In this document: positions 19,428 to 28,878 of the stretch, piece after piece | How the letters are laid out: every line of letters starts with the position of its first letter | Numbering within the stretch: position 1 is the stretch's first letter | From: Trueperaceae bacterium | GTDB taxonomy: Bacteria > Deinococcota > Deinococci > Deinococcales > Trueperaceae | Length of the DNA: 64,000 nucleotides | Direction: 5' to 3' | Assembly (NCBI GenBank): GCA_965214405.1 | Contig: OZ243956.1 | Span: forward strand, 1,792,001 to 1,856,000 | Notes under the pieces: generated by a model | What the model was told of the DNA's origin: nothing | What the model saw: the letters and a program-made list of their open reading frames with translations, nothing else | The model's database searches: none | Made by a program: the position numbers and the translations under genes

Positions 19428-20939
19428 ATGAAAGTCAACAGGTGGACGGCAAGCGCGCTCGCAACACTCGCAATGGGTGTACTAATGCTCGTGGGCAGGA
19501 CGTTTTTTACCGCGCCGCTACCCCCGGAAATGCTCTTCAACTTTACCGCGCGCTTTCTCGGGGTGCCCTGGGTTTTTAACCTTATCCACAGTTTACCCGG
19601 CGGCGTCGACGCTTACGCCAAATATGTTCTTTTTGGAACGACGGTCGTTATCTTTTTGGCAGCGTGGTTCGTTTTCGGCGGCTTCTATCCCGCGTTGCGC
19701 CGCAGGCTCGGCGCGTGGGGCGCGGACACGTTCTACGTCGTTGTAAACTCTCTTCTCACCGGGTTGGTGCTTTTACCGATCCAGGGCTTGGGGCTTTTTG
19801 GGCTTTCGCCCAACAATTACCAGTACCCGCCGCTCGCGTCAATCTTGTGGTCGGCGGCGTTCGGGCTCGTTTTTGCCGCCACGCTGCACCTGCTTCACGT
19901 TCGCCGGGCGCACGTCTACCGCCCCGAGCGGCGCGAGAGCTTACGCACCATCGCGGTGGGCGCGGCTTTGCTGGGCGGCGCGGCGGTTTTTGGTCGCACG
20001 CTGCTCGCCACGGCGGCGCGGGCGCAGAGTGCTGTGACCGGACTTGCCGACAAGTTTACCGCCGCCATCTCGCCGTACATCACGCCCGTACCGGCGCACT
20101 ATGTTGTTTCTAAAAACGTGATTAACCCTTCTGTGCCCGAGGAGCGCTGGTCGCTCCAGATTACGGGCATGGTGGACAACCCGCTCACGCTCTCTCTATC
20201 AGACCTCCAAGCCTTGGAGACCGTCGAGCGCCCGAGCACGCTCATGTGCATTTCGAACCCCGTCGGGGGCGACCTTATTGGTAACAGCGTGTGGACCGGC
20301 GTCCAGTTGAGCACGCTGCTGGCGCAAGCGGGGGTTCAGGCGGGCGCGACCGAACTGATTCTACGCGCCGCCGACAACTACGCCGACTCTTTTCCCATCG
20401 AGGCCGCGATGGCCGACGGGACGATTGTCGCCTTTTTGCAAAACGGCGAGCCCCTGACGCGCGACCACGGCTTTCCGGCGCGCGTGCTCGTCCCCGGCAT
20501 CTACGGCATGAAAAACGTGAAGTGGGTAACCGAGATTGAGCTCGTCAACACCGACTTTATGGGCTACTGGCAGACGCGCGGCTGGAGCGACACGGCCATT
20601 GTCCGCACGATGAGCCGCATCGACACCGGCGAGGCCGTTCGTTTGGACGACGGCACGGTGGCGGTCGGCGGGGTCGCGTTTGCGGGGCTGCGGGGCGTCC
20701 AGGGGGTTGAAGTTTCCGTGGACGGCGGTGACACCTGGCAAGAAGCGCAGGTCGCGCCCGCGGTCAACGGCCTCACCTGGAACCTCTGGGGCTTTTCCTG
20801 GAACGCCGAACCCGGCTCTTACGAGGTGCTGGTGCGCGCTACCGACGGCACCGGCGAGACCCAGACCGCCGAGCGCAGCCGCCCGCTGCCCGACGGCGCG
20901 TCGGGCTACCACAGCGTGACGGTGCGCGTAAGCGGCTAG
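19428..20939 (+). CDS. Molybdopterin-dependent oxidoreductase (sulfite oxidase family), polytopic membrane form
   Basis: LMCISNPVGG.LIGNSVWTGV, HGFPAR.LVPG.YGMKNVKW, C-terminal Ig-like domain. Confidence 0.93.
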   Translation: MKVNRWTASALATLAMGVLMLVGRTFFTAPLPPEMLFNFTARFLGVPWVFNLIHSLPGGVDAYAKYVLFGTTVVIFLAAWFVFGGFYPALRRRLGAWGADTFYVVVNSLLTGLVLLPIQGLGLFGLSPNNYQYPPLASILWSAAFGLVFAATLHLLHVRRAHVYRPERRESLRTIAVGAALLGGAAVFGRTLLATAARAQSAVTGLADKFTAAISPYITPVPAHYVVSKNVINPSVPEERWSLQITGMVDNPLTLSLSDLQALETVERPSTLMCISNPVGGDLIGNSVWTGVQLSTLLAQAGVQAGATELILRAADNYADSFPIEAAMADGTIVAFLQNGEPLTRDHGFPARVLVPGIYGMKNVKWVTEIELVNTDFMGYWQTRGWSDTAIVRTMSRIDTGEAVRLDDGTVAVGGVAFAGLRGVQGVEVSVDGGDTWQEAQVAPAVNGLTWNLWGFSWNAEPGSYEVLVRATDGTGETQTAERSRPLPDGASGYHSVTVRVSG

Positions 20940-20987
20940 TTTTTTCAGGCAATGAGCTAAAAGCTTAACCTCAAAATCTTAGTCAGA

Positions 20988-21024
20988 GAACGGCTCGAGC
21001 TTTCGACTCGAGCCGTTCCTTTCT
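20988..21024 (+). terminator. Intrinsic terminator after the Mo oxidoreductase
   Basis: GAACGGCTCGAG-ctttcga-CTCGAGCCGTTC followed by CTTTCT. Confidence 0.75.
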
Positions 21025-21128
21025 ATCCTTATAAACCCAACATATGACCCAGAGGTTGCGAGAGGCCGCCCGCCTGCAAAAGCCACGCTTATTCGCTGGT
21101 TACTTGCTGCGGCACCCGCCCCCGCTAG

Positions 21129-22469
21129 CTACCCTGGGCGTGCGTCAGCCTCTCGGACGCTGAGACTGAGAACTGAGGCTGTGGGAACGTCGGCTGTACG
21201 AACGTCATCTGCGTGAACTGTGTGGACGTCGGCACCCAGAGCGCAGAGGCGCTGGGCGATTCTCTCATAACCGCGCTCGATATATTCAACGCCGGTAATC
21301 GTCGAACTCCCCGAGGCCGCGAGCGCGGCGACTAGAAGCGCGCCCCCCGCGCGGATATCGGCGGCGTGCAGGTTAGCGCCCCGCAACGGGCCGCCTTCGA
21401 TGGACAGCGTGCTGTCACAGAGCCCAAGACCCGCGCCCATTTTGGAGAGTTCGCTCACGTGGGTAAAGCGGTCGGGGTAAACGTGGTCCGACACGGTGGA
21501 GACGCCGGGAACGGTCGCCAAAAAAGCGCTAAAGGGAGCTTGTAAGTCGGTCGGGATGCCGGGGTAGGGGGTGGCGGTAAACTCGGTGGGCTTTAGAGGA
21601 CCGGACGCGTCAACTAAAAGCGTGTGATGGTCGGTTTCCAAGACCGTCACGCCCGTTTCGACGAGCTTGCCGATCACCGCGCGCAGGTGGTCGGGGTTGA
21701 CGCCTTGCAGCGTGACGCGGCCCCTGGTGGCCGCCGCCGCGAGCATCAGCGTGCCCGCTTCGATGCGGTCGGCCAGCGGGCGATAGACGACGCCGTGAAG
21801 GCGTTCCACGCCCCAAATCTCGATGGTGGCGCTTCCCGCGCCCGAGACTCTGGCCCCCATCTGGTTGAGCATGACGGCCAAGTCGGCGATTTCGGGCTCG
21901 AGCGCCGCCCCCTCGATGACCACATGCCCCTTGCCCAACGCGCTCGCCAGAATCACGTTTTGCGTGCCGCCGACGGTGGGGACGTCAAAGACCACCCGCC
22001 CCGAAAGAGGCCGGGCGCGGCAGGCGTAAAAGTCTCCGCCGGTTTCGCTCAATACGACGCCCAAGTCGCGGAACGCTTTGATGTGCCGGTCGACCGGGCG
22101 CGGCCCAAAGGCGCAGCCCCCCGGCATCGAGATGCGCGCCTCGCCGCAACGGCCCAAAAGCGCACCCATCGCCACGAAGCTCGCGCGCATCTTGCTCACT
22201 AAGCCGTAGGGCGCGTCGCAGTCGGTGAGTTCGCGCGCGTGAATGTGGAGGTCGTGACCCTCCCAAAAAACCTGCGCGCCAAAGTGCGTGAGCATCTCGC
22301 ACATCACGCCCACGTCGCTGAGCCGCGGCACGTCCTGTAAGACGACCTCTTCATCGGTCAGGAGCGCCGCGAGGATGAGATAAAGCGCCGAATTTTTCGC
22401 GGTGTGGACCTCTAGGGCTCCTGCTAAGGGACGGCCGCCGGTAACGAAAAGCGCATCATGATGGGTCAT
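21129..22469 (-). CDS. murA: UDP-N-acetylglucosamine 1-carboxyvinyltransferase
   Basis: AKNS, MRAS, PGGCAFGPRPVDRH (catalytic Cys), DRIEAGT, PTDLQ, DIRAG, IERGYE. Confidence 0.97.
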   Translation of the reverse strand: MTHHDALFVTGGRPLAGALEVHTAKNSALYLILAALLTDEEVVLQDVPRLSDVGVMCEMLTHFGAQVFWEGHDLHIHARELTDCDAPYGLVSKMRASFVAMGALLGRCGEARISMPGGCAFGPRPVDRHIKAFRDLGVVLSETGGDFYACRARPLSGRVVFDVPTVGGTQNVILASALGKGHVVIEGAALEPEIADLAVMLNQMGARVSGAGSATIEIWGVERLHGVVYRPLADRIEAGTLMLAAAATRGRVTLQGVNPDHLRAVIGKLVETGVTVLETDHHTLLVDASGPLKPTEFTATPYPGIPTDLQAPFSAFLATVPGVSTVSDHVYPDRFTHVSELSKMGAGLGLCDSTLSIEGGPLRGANLHAADIRAGGALLVAALAASGSSTITGVEYIERGYERIAQRLCALGADVHTVHADDVRTADVPTASVLSLSVREADARPG

Positions 22470-22631
22470 AACTTCCTCTGTTCTACGGCAAATGGTGGCT
22501 GCTCACTGTGCAAGATTCGACAGCACCAAGGCGAATGTGTCTTTTCCAACGAGCCGCACGTTTATCTCGCGGTTCGGTCGCAAACCTGTTGCTCATAAAA
22601 TATACTACATTTACACAACTTACACATCTTT

Positions 22632-22660
22632 AGTCTACGCATGTGGTAGAGTGTTGTCAA
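22632..22660 (-). promoter_or_regulatory. Sigma70-type promoter for murA
   Basis: TTGACA-17 nt-TAGACT on the minus strand. Confidence 0.65.
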
Positions 22661-22943
22661 GTTCCGGCGTGTGAGGTGGTGTTCACCCAGTGTTAACGCG
22701 ACACCGGGAACCACAAAAAGCTGAGAAAGCGTACCAAACCTACGCTCGAGCCGATGTACAGATAAGGATGTACAGATAAAAAAATAGGTAGAACAGCCGG
22801 TAGAGCGTCACAGGACACGGTCGGTAGGGTGAGTCTGAAACCAAAGGTGAGGCTAAAGGTGAGACTCGAGCACGGGAAACAGGGTTGAGCAAGACTGACT
22901 TATCAAAACCCAGAAAGCTTGTCAAAGCCAAAGGAGGCGTGCG

Positions 22944-23150
22944 GTGCCAAAACGCGAGAAGAGCAAAAGGTTACAGGTCGTCATCACCGAAGAGCAGGAT
23001 TCTTTACTCACCAAAACGGCCTACCAGCTTTCCAACCCCGAACGCATCTATTCAAAGTCGGAGGTGGTGCGTATGGGCATTGAACTCCTCACTCGCGCCG
23101 TCGAGGAGGGAAAGTTGGACCCCAAGGTGCTCGAGTCGTTGGAGGAGTGA
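22944..23150 (+). CDS. Small ribbon-helix-helix (CopG-like) transcriptional regulator
   Basis: AAGGAGG SD; KRLQVVI beta-strand and SKSEVVR helix. Confidence 0.8.
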   Translation: MPKREKSKRLQVVITEEQDSLLTKTAYQLSNPERIYSKSEVVRMGIELLTRAVEEGKLDPKVLESLEE

Positions 23151-23340
23151 ATCTGCGGAGTGAGCCCCCAAGGTTGCCCGCGCTTGCACCGTCGGAATTG
23201 CTTTGAAGGTGCAGCAAGGGTGCAGCAACCGAAGAAGAGAACATAGCTCCCGCAAAACCTCACCTAGAACATGGTCTACATGCGTTGACCTTTTTACGAC
23301 AGTCTGTCATACTAAAAGAGTCAGATTGTCGAGGTGGGCT

Positions 23341-23688
23341 ATGGCTGTTGTACAAAGTCAGGACTACGAACTTATCACCGAATTGAGTCAGGACCTCCAG
23401 GTGAGCGTCAAGCAGGTTGGGGAGCTCTTGTCCATTCACCCTCGCACCTTGCAACGCCGTCAGGAAGGCGGCAGGCTCGAGGAGGCTGAAAGGCTCAAGG
23501 CGCAGATGTTGCGTGAAGTTTTTACTTTTGCGACGACCGCCTTTGGAAGCGCGGAAAAAGCGAGAACGTGGCTGTTTTCAGAACTCGCCGCGCTCAAGTT
23601 TAGACGCCCCGTAGATTGTCTTGGCACCCTCGAGGGGTACGAGCGGGTCAAAACGATGTTGGGACACATCATCTTCGGCGTATATTAG
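23341..23688 (+). CDS. Xre/MbcA/ParS-family antitoxin
   Basis: HTH (LL.IHPRTLQRR) plus C-terminal FG..EKARTWL...L..L...RP.D.L...EG..RV...L..I..GVY; GAGGTG SD. Confidence 0.9.
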   Translation: MAVVQSQDYELITELSQDLQVSVKQVGELLSIHPRTLQRRQEGGRLEEAERLKAQMLREVFTFATTAFGSAEKARTWLFSELAALKFRRPVDCLGTLEGYERVKTMLGHIIFGVY

Positions 23689-24174
23689 GTGCGAGTTTGG
23701 CGACTGATTGACCCCAGAGCGAGTTACGCGTTACAGGCTGACTTTGACCCTTTAGACGGTAGGGGCGCGGCACTCTATCCGAGCCGCTGGAACCAACCAG
23801 GGGTGCATCTGGTCTACGCCTCACAGTCACCGGAACTGGCGATGCTCGAGCTTCTCACCAAGGTGACTCCGACAACTTTCGGACTGCGACTCGCGTTAGA
23901 AGTCGAGGTGCCGGAGGGGGCTGGGGTTCAAGACGCCGCACCCACAATGCTCAAGCATCTCTTACACGGTGAGATGAGCAGTACCCAGGCGTACGGAAGC
24001 CGCTGGGTCGCCGAGGGGCGCAACCTCGTTCTCGAGGTGCCTTCGGCGGTGTTACCTGTGTCTTCAAACTATCTCATCAACCCGCGCCACCCGCAAGCAA
24101 AGCAACTCAGGGTGGTTCGGCAGGTTGAGGTGAGCCTGGACCCAAGGCTGACAAGGTCGTTTTACGAGACCTAA
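23689..24174 (+). CDS. RES-domain toxin (MbcT/ParT/Res family)
   Basis: DG.GA...RWN, VY.S, LA.LE, VPSAV, NYLINP.H; abuts the antitoxin. Confidence 0.93.
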   Translation: MRVWRLIDPRASYALQADFDPLDGRGAALYPSRWNQPGVHLVYASQSPELAMLELLTKVTPTTFGLRLALEVEVPEGAGVQDAAPTMLKHLLHGEMSSTQAYGSRWVAEGRNLVLEVPSAVLPVSSNYLINPRHPQAKQLRVVRQVEVSLDPRLTRSFYET

Positions 24175-24303
24175 ACGCCCGCCTATGTGAAAGCGTCTAC
24201 CGGCTCCCGCCAAAGGCGTTTGGCGCTCTCGAGCGCACCTGTTCAACACCGCACCGCGTCAGCTCGCTCACCGTTCGGTACGCGCCCAGTTTATACTCTA
24301 AGG

Positions 24304-26172
24304 GTGCATCTTTTTGAGGTTGGCGAGGTGGTTGACCAGCGTTACGAGATTTCGGGACCGCTGGGGCAGGGCGGGATGGCGCAGGTGTTTCGCGCCTATG
24401 ACCGCATTTTAGAACGTTCGGTGGCGCTCAAAGTCCTGCGCCCGCACCTAACCGAAATGGACCGAGAGCGCTTCCGGCGCGAGATTAAAACCCTGGCGCG
24501 CTTGTCGCACCCCGGCATCGTCAGCATTTACGACCTCGGGCGCGGGGCGCACGTTTATTTTGCGATGGAGCTTGTGGAGGGCGGGTTGTTGACCGACGTG
24601 GGGCCGCTCGAGGCCGACGTGGGGCCGCTGGTCGCCTTTTTGGAAGCCGCCGCGACGGTGGCCGAAACGCTCGCCTACGTTCACGCGCAGGGCATGGTCC
24701 ACCGCGACCTCACGCCGCGCAACATCCTCATGACGACGCAGGGCCAGCCCAAGGTGATGGACTTCGGACTCGTGCAACTTGCGGAGGTGAGCAGGCAGCT
24801 CACCCGCACGGGTTTTACCCTGGGCACGCCGCAGTACATGGCCCCCGAACAGGCCAAGGGCAACCCCATCGGCCCGCACACCGACCTCTACGCGCTCGGC
24901 GCGGTGCTCTACAAGGCCGCCACGGGCGAGGCTCCCTTCGAGGCGGAGAACGACCAGGCGGTGCTCTACCGGCACGTTTATGAAGACCTCACGCCGCCCC
25001 TGGACCTCAACCCGACCCTGCCGCCCGACTTGTCAACACTCATCACGCGGCTTCTCGCCAAGGAGCCCGGCGCGCGCCCCGCCTCGGGCTACGTGGTGGC
25101 GGAGGCGCTGGGAAGTGTGCGGGCGCAAGTCGAGCGCGGGGGCACGCACACCCGCCTCGGGGGTCCCGGCGGGCACGGCAGGGTTGCGCACGGTCCCGTC
25201 AACCCGCAGGGGCTGCGCAAAGTTTGGCAGACCGACCTTAGTAACGGCGGTCGGGGCGGGGGGCCGCAGTGGCCCGCCGCCGTCACCGCCGCCGAGGGTT
25301 TCGTGCTCTTAGGACTGCGAAGCGAGGAGGTCTGCGTGCTGCGCCCCGCCGACGGCGGCGTCCACGCGCGCTTCGCCGCCGACGATGAAGTGAACAGCGC
25401 CGTCACATTTCATCAGGGGAAGCTTTTTTTCACGAGCCGCGACGGCGCGCTTTACGCGCTCGCCTGGCCCTCGGGCCGTCGGCTCTGGAGTGATGAGGAC
25501 GCCGCCGCCATCGGCGTATTGCCTTATGGCGCGGACCTGTTGGTGAGCACGCGTGGGGGGTTGGAGAGGCGCACGGCGGCGGGTGAAAAACGGTGGGAGC
25601 ATCCCGCGGAAACCGCCTCGAGCCCCCCCACCCTGAGCCAGGGACAAGCCTGTTTTGTGACCCAGGACGGCTGGCTCCACTGCGTCGACCCCCACACGGG
25701 CGAGGGTCGCTTCAAGCTCGAGCTCGGCTCCGTCGCCGCGCCGCCCGCCGCCAGTGGCTCTCTGTTACTTCTACCCGAACGCTCAGGCGACCTGCACGCC
25801 TTTGACGTGAACACGCACGAGGTGCTCTGGACTTACGATATGGAAGGGCCTTTGTGGGCCTCGCCGCTCGTGTGGGAGGGGCGCGTGTTCGCGGTGTCCT
25901 GGGCCGGGGTGGTGCGCTGTTTGGACTTAAAGACCGGCAACGACCTGTGGGCGACCGAGGTGGAGGGCCGGGTGACCGCCTCGCCACTTGTCGCCAGCGG
26001 CGTGCTCTACGTCGTGACCGAAGAGGGCCGGGTGCTGGCGCTTGACGGCCGGAGCGGCCACACGCTCTTTTGCGACGAGGTGAGCATGAGTCCCGTCCAG
26101 GCGAGCCCTCTCGTCCTCAACGAGACACTCATCGTGGCCGCGCTTGACGGCACAGTTCACGCGTACCGTTAG
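24304..26172 (+). CDS. Ser/Thr protein kinase with C-terminal PQQ/BamB-like beta-propeller
   Basis: LGQGGM, VALK, HRDL.PRN, DFG, GTPQYMAPE; W-repeat propeller; GTG start after a TATACT box. Confidence 0.93.
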   Translation: MHLFEVGEVVDQRYEISGPLGQGGMAQVFRAYDRILERSVALKVLRPHLTEMDRERFRREIKTLARLSHPGIVSIYDLGRGAHVYFAMELVEGGLLTDVGPLEADVGPLVAFLEAAATVAETLAYVHAQGMVHRDLTPRNILMTTQGQPKVMDFGLVQLAEVSRQLTRTGFTLGTPQYMAPEQAKGNPIGPHTDLYALGAVLYKAATGEAPFEAENDQAVLYRHVYEDLTPPLDLNPTLPPDLSTLITRLLAKEPGARPASGYVVAEALGSVRAQVERGGTHTRLGGPGGHGRVAHGPVNPQGLRKVWQTDLSNGGRGGGPQWPAAVTAAEGFVLLGLRSEEVCVLRPADGGVHARFAADDEVNSAVTFHQGKLFFTSRDGALYALAWPSGRRLWSDEDAAAIGVLPYGADLLVSTRGGLERRTAAGEKRWEHPAETASSPPTLSQGQACFVTQDGWLHCVDPHTGEGRFKLELGSVAAPPAASGSLLLLPERSGDLHAFDVNTHEVLWTYDMEGPLWASPLVWEGRVFAVSWAGVVRCLDLKTGNDLWATEVEGRVTASPLVASGVLYVVTEEGRVLALDGRSGHTLFCDEVSMSPVQASPLVLNETLIVAALDGTVHAYR

Positions 26173-26439
26173 GGTTTGTTGACGTTTTACGTTGGTGTAC
26201 CGCCGTGCACCGCAAGGTTAGGCGTGCTGGAGGAAGTGAGGAGAGAGTGAGAAAGTAAAAAGGCTTTAAGACCCGAAAGTTGACGAGGCTAAGCTGACAA
26301 AGAGCTGACGTGAAACCGTAACGATAGGGGGCGGTAGAGGTGCAGGCAAGCGTGCTCGAGGGTTCCAGAGGACCCGCGGCAAATATGTTAAGCTCTACTG
26401 AACGCTCGAGAAACCACAAAATTAACCAAGGAGGCATGA

Positions 26440-27729
26440 ATGAAACGCGTTTTTTTGCTTATTGTACTCACAATATTTGGTCTGGCTGGTTTGGCTGCGG
26501 CCCAGACCCAAATTGAATTCTGGCACGCCTTTGGCGACGAGGCCCGGAGCGGCTGGATAGAAGACCGCGCGCGCGAGTGGAGCGAGCAAAATCCCGACTT
26601 TGAGGTCGTGGTCGAGAGCCGCGGCTCCTACCGCGACACGCTCAACGCCGCCGTCTTGGCCGCGCGTCAGGGCGAGCCGCCCCACATCGTGCAGATTTTC
26701 GAGGTCGGCTCGCAGCAGGCGCTCGACTCGGGGCTGTTCGAGCCCATCGGCGACATCGGCACCTTTGAGACGAGCGACTACATCCAGCCCGTCCTTAACT
26801 ACTACACCATCAACGGCACGACGAACTCGATTCCCTTCAACTCGTCCAACCCCATTCTTTACATGAACGAAGACATGATGACGGAAGCGGGGCTCGACCC
26901 GGCGAATCCGCCCGCGACGTACGAAGACGTCCTCGCAGCCTGCCAGACCGCTCAAGAAGCTGGGGTCGAGGGCTCCTGCATCGGCTTCAACCTGCACTCG
27001 TGGTTTTTCGAGCAGTGGATGGCCGAGCAGGGCGCGCTTTTGGCGAACAACAACAACGGGCGCGACGGTCGCGCGACCGAAGTTTTGTTAACGAGCGACG
27101 CCGCGAAAAATATCGTGAACTGGATCAAGACGCTCAACGATAACGGTTACTACACCTATACGGGCACCCTCGAGGACTGGTCGGGCTCGGACGCTATCTT
27201 TACGGAGGGCCGGGCGATGTTTCACATCACCTCGACCGCCGACATCGGCAACATCGTCGAGGCGGCGAGCGGCTTTACGGTAGACACCGCGCCCCTGCCC
27301 ATCCCGGCGGACACCGAGCGCACGGGCGTCATCGTCGGCGGGGCGAGCGTTTGGGTCATGCAGGGCCACCCCGAGGACGAACTGACCGCCGCCCGCGACT
27401 TTATCCTCTACATGACCAACACCGAGAACATGGAGAGCTGGCACAAGCTGACCGGCTACTTCCCGGTGCGCACCTCGTCGGTCGACGCGCTCGAGCAACA
27501 AGGCTGGTTCACCGAGAACCCCCGCTTCGAGGTCGCTTTTGACCAGCTCCTCAACACCGAGACCGTCCCCGCCACCGCGGGCGCGCTTATGGGACCCTTT
27601 CCCGAAATTCGCACCATCATCGAAGAGTCCATCCAGAAAGTTTTGAACGGTCAAGACGTGGACGCGGCGCTGACCGAAGCCAAAACCCTGGCGGACAACG
27701 CGCTGGCGCAGTACAACAGCAACTTCTAA
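26440..27729 (+). CDS. ABC transporter substrate-binding protein (UgpB-like, CUT1)
   Basis: Strong SD, signal peptide, IEFWHAF, PHIVQIFEVG, PFNSSNPILY, GGASVWV, TGYFPV. Confidence 0.92.
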   Translation: MKRVFLLIVLTIFGLAGLAAAQTQIEFWHAFGDEARSGWIEDRAREWSEQNPDFEVVVESRGSYRDTLNAAVLAARQGEPPHIVQIFEVGSQQALDSGLFEPIGDIGTFETSDYIQPVLNYYTINGTTNSIPFNSSNPILYMNEDMMTEAGLDPANPPATYEDVLAACQTAQEAGVEGSCIGFNLHSWFFEQWMAEQGALLANNNNGRDGRATEVLLTSDAAKNIVNWIKTLNDNGYYTYTGTLEDWSGSDAIFTEGRAMFHITSTADIGNIVEAASGFTVDTAPLPIPADTERTGVIVGGASVWVMQGHPEDELTAARDFILYMTNTENMESWHKLTGYFPVRTSSVDALEQQGWFTENPRFEVAFDQLLNTETVPATAGALMGPFPEIRTIIEESIQKVLNGQDVDAALTEAKTLADNALAQYNSNF

Positions 27730-27746
27730 AGGTTTTTTAAGAGGTG

Positions 27747-27780
27747 TATAGGGGCGTAAAGTACGCCCCTATATTTTTTG
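27747..27780 (+). terminator. Stem-loop/terminator between the binding protein and permease genes
   Basis: TATAGGGGCGTA-aag-TACGCCCCTATA followed by a T run. Confidence 0.75.
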
Positions 27781-27948
27781 CCCTGTAGCGGGTATTGTTC
27801 CTTTTAAGATTGAATTGGGTTGCGCTCGAGGGTTGTGACGCAGTCTCGGAAGTGAGCCGCCATTCCTGACATGACTGCGGTAAAATTCCGGCAAAGAGTT
27901 CAGTCTGCGAACGTTGTGAACTGCCCGTACGCCACTTTGGAGACACCC

Positions 27949-28878
27949 ATGCAGGAAAGCCCCGTGTTCAAGAGCCGCTGGACCGCCCTGCTGCTCCTCG
28001 CCCCCTCCTTAGTCATCCTCACCGTTTTTCTCTACTATCCTGCTATTCAATCATTTGTCGTCAGTCTCTACCGGAGCAACCTCATTTTGGGGACGCGGCG
28101 CTTTATTGGTTTGGGCAACTTCGAGGCCCTGTTTACGGGGCCGCTCGCGGCCATGTACCGGCAGGTGGTGGTGCAGAGCCTCGTCTTTAGCGCGTCGGTG
28201 GTACTGCTGGGGTTGTCGGTGTCGCTTGCGCTCGCGCTGCTCGCCAATCAGCCCGTGCGCGGCGCGCGCGTATACCGCCTCCTGCTCATCTGGCCCTTCG
28301 CGCTCTCGCCCGCGGTCGCGGGCACTATTTTTTCATTTCTCTTTAACCCCGAAGTGGGTACGGTCAATCAAATTTTGGGCGCGACCTTAGGGATCCAACC
28401 CCGCTGGCTCGACACACCCGTCCTGACGTTCAGCTTGGCCGTGACCGCCGCCATCTGGAAAAATATTGGCTACAACGTGGTGTTTTATCTTGCCGCGCTC
28501 CAGACCATCCCCGGCGAACTCACCGAGGCCGCCGCCATCGACGGGGCGGGGGCGTGGGGGCGTTTTTGGTCCATCACGTTTCCCCTGCTGAGCCCGATGA
28601 CTTTCTTTTTGGTTTTTACCAACCTCACCTACAGCTTTTTTGAAACGTTTGGGATGATCGACATCTTGACGGGCGGCGGACCCGTCGGCCCCGCGCCCCT
28701 AGACAACGCCGGGCTCACGACGACGATGATCTACCGGCTCTACACGGACGGCTTCGGGGGCTCGGGTAACTTGGGCTTCGCCGCCGCGCAGGGCGTGGTG
28801 CTGCTCATGACGGTCGCGGCGATTACTATGTTGCAGTTTCGCTACGGGGGCCGCAACGTCTACTACGGGGGCGCGTGA
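27949..28878 (+). CDS. Carbohydrate ABC permease (UgpA-like)
   Basis: EAAAIDGA loop, FPLLSPMTFF. Confidence 0.93.
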   Translation: MQESPVFKSRWTALLLLAPSLVILTVFLYYPAIQSFVVSLYRSNLILGTRRFIGLGNFEALFTGPLAAMYRQVVVQSLVFSASVVLLGLSVSLALALLANQPVRGARVYRLLLIWPFALSPAVAGTIFSFLFNPEVGTVNQILGATLGIQPRWLDTPVLTFSLAVTAAIWKNIGYNVVFYLAALQTIPGELTEAAAIDGAGAWGRFWSITFPLLSPMTFFLVFTNLTYSFFETFGMIDILTGGGPVGPAPLDNAGLTTTMIYRLYTDGFGGSGNLGFAAAQGVVLLMTVAAITMLQFRYGGRNVYYGGA

